Positions 60,148-64,000 of a DNA stretch of 64,000 bases are shown here, piece after piece. Both the position numbers and the translations under genes were made by a program. Below the pieces are notes generated by a model. It did not search any database. It was not told the origin of the DNA and saw only the letters and a program-made list of their open reading frames with translations. Each line of letters begins with the position of its first letter. Within the stretch, counting starts at the first letter, position 1. Location: contig AP026124.1 in NCBI GenBank assembly GCA_030295235.1, positions 1,550,001 to 1,614,000 of the forward strand, read 5' to 3'. Source of the stretch: Fistulifera solaris. Lineage: Eukaryota.

Positions 60148-61683
60148 CTATATTATCGTTGTATCGTTCTTGGTCTCCTTGTCTTCTTCATCGGCAACAT
60201 CCGAACCGCCGAATGTTATTTGCGTGATACCCATGAGCGACACTGTTTGTCGACGATAAGCTTGTACTCTTGGGTGATTCAAATCTTGTGACGATTCGGA
60301 AACATCCCCTTGACTTACAGCTAGAAGGCTGGTGCCCTCATGCGCCTCTACTCCGCTTTCGTCCTCGGTACTATGCGGTTCATGTTTCAAACGCAAAAGA
60401 ACAAATCCAACGAGTAAAATCACCGATAGAAAGCCCGCGAACGATGCCAGTGGAGTAAAAGCGCGCTTATCATCACTTCGAGCGACTTCTTCTGGTGTCC
60501 GCAACGCGAACGCTGCCAAGATACCTGGCGCGACGAAGCCTGCTACACTGGCAGACATGGACATGATCGCTTGCATAGTACCCTGCTGATTTTTGAGGGT
60601 GGGATACTTTGCAACACTCTTCGTAAAAATGGACCGCGTTGGCGCACCGAGAAAGGGAAACGAGCCGGCTGCGACGAAAAAGGTGTCACAAACGCGAGTG
60701 GCGTAACTCCATCCTTCCAAAGGAGATAGAGCGCACCGTACCCGACCGACGACATGAGCCAGCCGATCTCGAGCAAATAGAAATCGGAAACGCCCGCTGA
60801 ACTCAATTTAAAAGTCAACGCAATAACAGCCAACATGAGAAAGGCGTTCACACCGAATACAGTCGAGATCTGTACAGGATCCCAGTCTAGAATATCCTTC
60901 GCAGCGGGCGCCAAACCTGTTTCGACCAATTGAAAGTTTGCATTCAAGACGAAAATGCCCAGAATCGGAAGAGTAATGTCGGGTGCCAACACCTCTTTCC
61001 AAAATTGTGAAGATTGATGATTCAAGTGAGTCGGGTTACCATCAGGTTTGGTCTCAATCGGTGGTTCCTCGAGCATAAAGTAAATGACGAGAAATGACAG
61101 AAAGTTGGAAGCCAAGAGAAAAAAGACCCACCGAGTTCAAAGGATTCACATGAAAAGACCCTAGCTTCGTATCTACTTCTGATAAGAAGATATTCAATGC
61201 TGGCGCTATTCCCATTCCCATAATTCGCACCATGCTGAGGAGGGCATTCAACTTTGTTATGTGCTGCTGAGGTATCATTTGTGCGACGTAGGTAAAGCCC
61301 AAAGTGGCGTTCGCGGCCCCCATACCCCCAAACAGACGTCCCAAGAATAGAATGGCGACCGCCAGATAGCCTCGGTAAGCACTTGCTACAAAATACAATA
61401 GACCACCGATCATGGCGGCACCTAATGAGGTAAGGTACGGCGCTCGAAAATTCGATGACTGGTCCACCCAGTATCCCAGCACCGGCTTGAACAGAAAGGA
61501 CGCAAAACTAAAAGCAGAAAGAACGGCACCGTATTGTTCCAATGTGCCTCCTACAGATCGAACGTAAAAGACGACCGAGGGAGCGACGACCATGAAGGAA
61601 ATGGCGTCCACAAAACCGACAAAGGCTTGGGGGAGTAGGAGAAGGTAATACTTTCGCATCGATGAAGACTCTTTGGACGCCAT
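60148..61683 (-). CDS. MFS transporter (MFSD8-like)
   Basis: Multiple TM segments, LFLGRLFGGMG, QGTMQAIMS; frameshifts ~61120 and ~60680. Confidence 0.85.
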
Positions 61684-62143
61684 GTTTGGCAAAAAGTACT
61701 TTGTAGTGTTGTATCAGTGCACGAAAGTCTAAAGGTCAAGATCTGGATTTTGTTGCTGCTATTTCTCTTCCCGTCGACGACATAATGCCTTTCGCGATGA
61801 CAAAAGGTAGTTTACCAGGTACCTGTTATGGCGGAACGGAGAAATAATAATCTTATTTGCGATGTTCTTCGAACGTGCTTCGCACCTCGCACCTCTTTCT
61901 ACGTTGCACTATAGACGCTTATAGTGAAGAAGCGTTTTTAGCTGATGAGGCTGCAAAAAATGACGGACGACGCTTAATTGTCCGTTATCTCGGTCCCTCT
62001 AGTAACACCGAATGATAATAAAAGATCTGCTGGCTTCGTTGCGCATCCGCAGCAGCACCATGATTTCAACCTCCCAAATAACCGCGCCTTTTGTAAAGAA
62101 GCAAAAGAGTATACTTTCAATTTACACTTTTTTTAAATTGACA

Positions 62144-62539
62144 ATGGACTCCAATCCGTCTATTCCTGTACTAGAGAAACCCATCTCCATGATGGAAGTG
62201 GGTCCGAACGGCAACAATTTGGCCTCGCAAGCAATGGCTCGTCATCCCGTCGAAGACTTGCAAAAGAATATTGGAATCGCAAAGTTCAATGATTTATCCT
62301 TTGTTCGAAATGTATACGGTTCCGGGTTAGCCATGCGTTTGGCGACGGAGCAGAAATTTGCCGCACAAGAACGGAGCCGCAACCCATTTCGTTCACAAGG
62401 ACTTTTGTATGGAGAAATTGTCACGGGGCATGATACCAAGTTTGAAATGGCAGATTTCCTTCCACGAGCGGAATTGCGAGCCGATTTGAAACAAGATGTC
62501 AATTTGCATGTTGCTATGGAGCGTCAATTGGGATTGTAA
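62144..62539 (+). CDS. UMP1: Proteasome maturation factor UMP1/POMP
   Basis: HPVE, RNVYGSGLAMRLATE and LHVAMERQLGL motifs. Confidence 0.88.
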   Translation: MDSNPSIPVLEKPISMMEVGPNGNNLASQAMARHPVEDLQKNIGIAKFNDLSFVRNVYGSGLAMRLATEQKFAAQERSRNPFRSQGLLYGEIVTGHDTKFEMADFLPRAELRADLKQDVNLHVAMERQLGL

Positions 62540-62840
62540 TTACCGACTAGAGCGTTTCTTCGCTGTTTCTGAAAGAAATAATTAAAACGGCTTGCCAATG
62601 CAGAGACTCTTTTGCTATTTCTTGCCTTTCCATTTCCACGAACATTTATCGCCGCCCTCTTTTGTGATCCTATGCACTAAATGGCTCGCTAGTGTTTTTT
62701 CATTTTCGTAACAATTTCTAGATCAAACGGCGTCGCTCGTTGATGTGCTCTGTTTGGGCAAGGACATGATGCAGTTCTATGCATGCTTTAACTTGTTGCT
62801 AGAGTTTATCGTGCGGACATAGTAAGCTTAGCGCGACAAG

Positions 62841-64000
62841 TCATCTTGAATTTCTTTCTTGATCTGGTACAACCGATGCTATTTTTAACGATGAAAGAGC
62901 TTCAGCAGCGGCTTCAATAGTTTCGTCCGTCTTGCAAAAAGCGATTCGTATAAATTCATCCGATTTACCGGCTTCGGAGCTTTCTAGTGAAAAGAAGGGA
63001 CTCGCTGGAATGCACAACAACCCTCTTTCTTCCGCTAACCACTGACAGAGCGCCCAGTCTTGTCTCGCAACTCCACCCGGTGCGGCATCGTTCTTCACTG
63101 AAATGCGGGATACGGGAATTTGATCGCGAATTTCTTTGCCGATCCGAGCAAAGATAAAGAAACCGCCACCGGGAGTTCGATCATAGTCCGGGACCGCAAA
63201 ACCGGCAGCCTTTAATGCCGTAGCTAGTTTGTCGCGTTTCTTGGTGTACTTGACGCGAAGATAATCGTAGTATGACTCATGGCCCAAATAGGGTTCATCG
63301 GCTCGAGGAAGAGCGCGCGCCAGCGCTTCCTGCACCACAGTGGACGCACAGAATTGCACGTAGGGTAACAGCTGGTGAATGGGCGCCATGAGCCTTTGCG
63401 GTCCGATGCACCAGCCAATCTGCCACCCCGTCGCCGAGAACGTCTTTCCCGCCGACGATATTGTGATCGTTCGATCCCACATTCCCGGTAACGAAGCAAA
63501 ATGAACATGGCCCCGACAAAACAGTGACTCTTCAGCAGCGCGTTCTTTCGGCGGTGAGTGAACAATGTACTTGTACACTTCATCGGAAAGAACGACACAG
63601 TCCGGATTGGCCAACTCGAGTGCTTCGGCGATGTATTCCATCTCGTCGCGGGTAAAGATTTTTCCGGTGGGGTTGTGAGGTGAATTCAAGATGATGGCTC
63701 TTGTTTTGGTGCTTATGTACTGCTTCAAAGTATGGGGTTCGAGCACCCACTCTCCACCCGAGATGACATTTTCATCTTCATTGTACGGCACAAATCGCAG
63801 CGGAACAAAAACTGGGTTACCTCCCGCCAACTTGATCTGATTCACATATAAATCAAAGAACGGCTCAAACACAATAACATCATCTCCCGGTTTGACCAAT
63901 GTCTGAAGACAGAGATACAGCGCTTGGCTAGCACCCACCGTGACCGAAATTTCCGTCATCGGATCAATGTCTCGACCCAGATGAGTTCGATAACGTCGAG
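62841..64000 (-). CDS. Class I/II PLP aminotransferase (kynurenine aminotransferase-like), 5' truncated by window
   Basis: NSPHNPTG, SDEVY, SAGKTFSATGW (PLP Lys), IRIAFCK. Confidence 0.9.
   Translation of the reverse strand, partial: RRYRTHLGRDIDPMTEISVTVGASQALYLCLQTLVKPGDDVIVFEPFFDLYVNQIKLAGGNPVFVPLRFVPYNEDENVISGGEWVLEPHTLKQYISTKTRAIILNSPHNPTGKIFTRDEMEYIAEALELANPDCVVLSDEVYKYIVHSPPKERAAEESLFCRGHVHFASLPGMWDRTITISSAGKTFSATGWQIGWCIGPQRLMAPIHQLLPYVQFCASTVVQEALARALPRADEPYLGHESYYDYLRVKYTKKRDKLATALKAAGFAVPDYDRTPGGGFFIFARIGKEIRDQIPVSRISVKNDAAPGGVARQDWALCQWLAEERGLLCIPASPFFSLESSEAGKSDEFIRIAFCKTDETIEAAAEALSSLKIASVVPDQERNSR

Noticed and set aside
61882..61910. CTGATGA hammerhead ribozyme core
   Set aside because: No stem II followed by GAAA
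654..63598. Numerous short antisense or alternate-frame ORFs in the track
   Set aside because: They are shadows of real genes or frameshifted fragments, with no independent motifs
1..64000. CRISPR arrays, operons or other prokaryotic systems
   Set aside because: The sequence is eukaryotic with spliceosomal introns; no repeat-spacer array seen

Overview
Gene-dense eukaryotic nuclear DNA with short GT-AG introns, bipartite plastid-targeting leaders and one intron-containing tRNA. The organism is most consistent with a pennate diatom (inference). There are about 28 protein genes, mostly housekeeping: COX15 end, DDAH, Med4, choline-transporter-like, myosin-ankyrin-FYVE, Sec7 ARF-GEF, SMC1, class II eIF4E, CWF19L1, SMPD4-like, POT transporter, kinase, ALG9, TBC GAP, MFS, UMP1 and a PLP aminotransferase. 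Many are broken by single-base frameshifts, probably assembly errors. Four things stand out. (1) Three predicted box C/D snoRNAs lie just downstream of ALG9 on its strand, at least two apparently intronic, with three guides complementary to 18S rRNA. (2) A ~530-nt GU-rich multi-hairpin element ending in CCCCC resembles the 3' end of an endogenised narna/ourmia-like RNA virus or an unknown structured RNA. (3) An LRR-less Roco protein has a degenerate P-loop fused to a C-terminal trypsin-like protease. (4) A ~500-bp element with ~150-bp inverted arms and CpG-type mismatches sits in a divergent promoter. All family calls come from motif recognition by eye; no searches were run.
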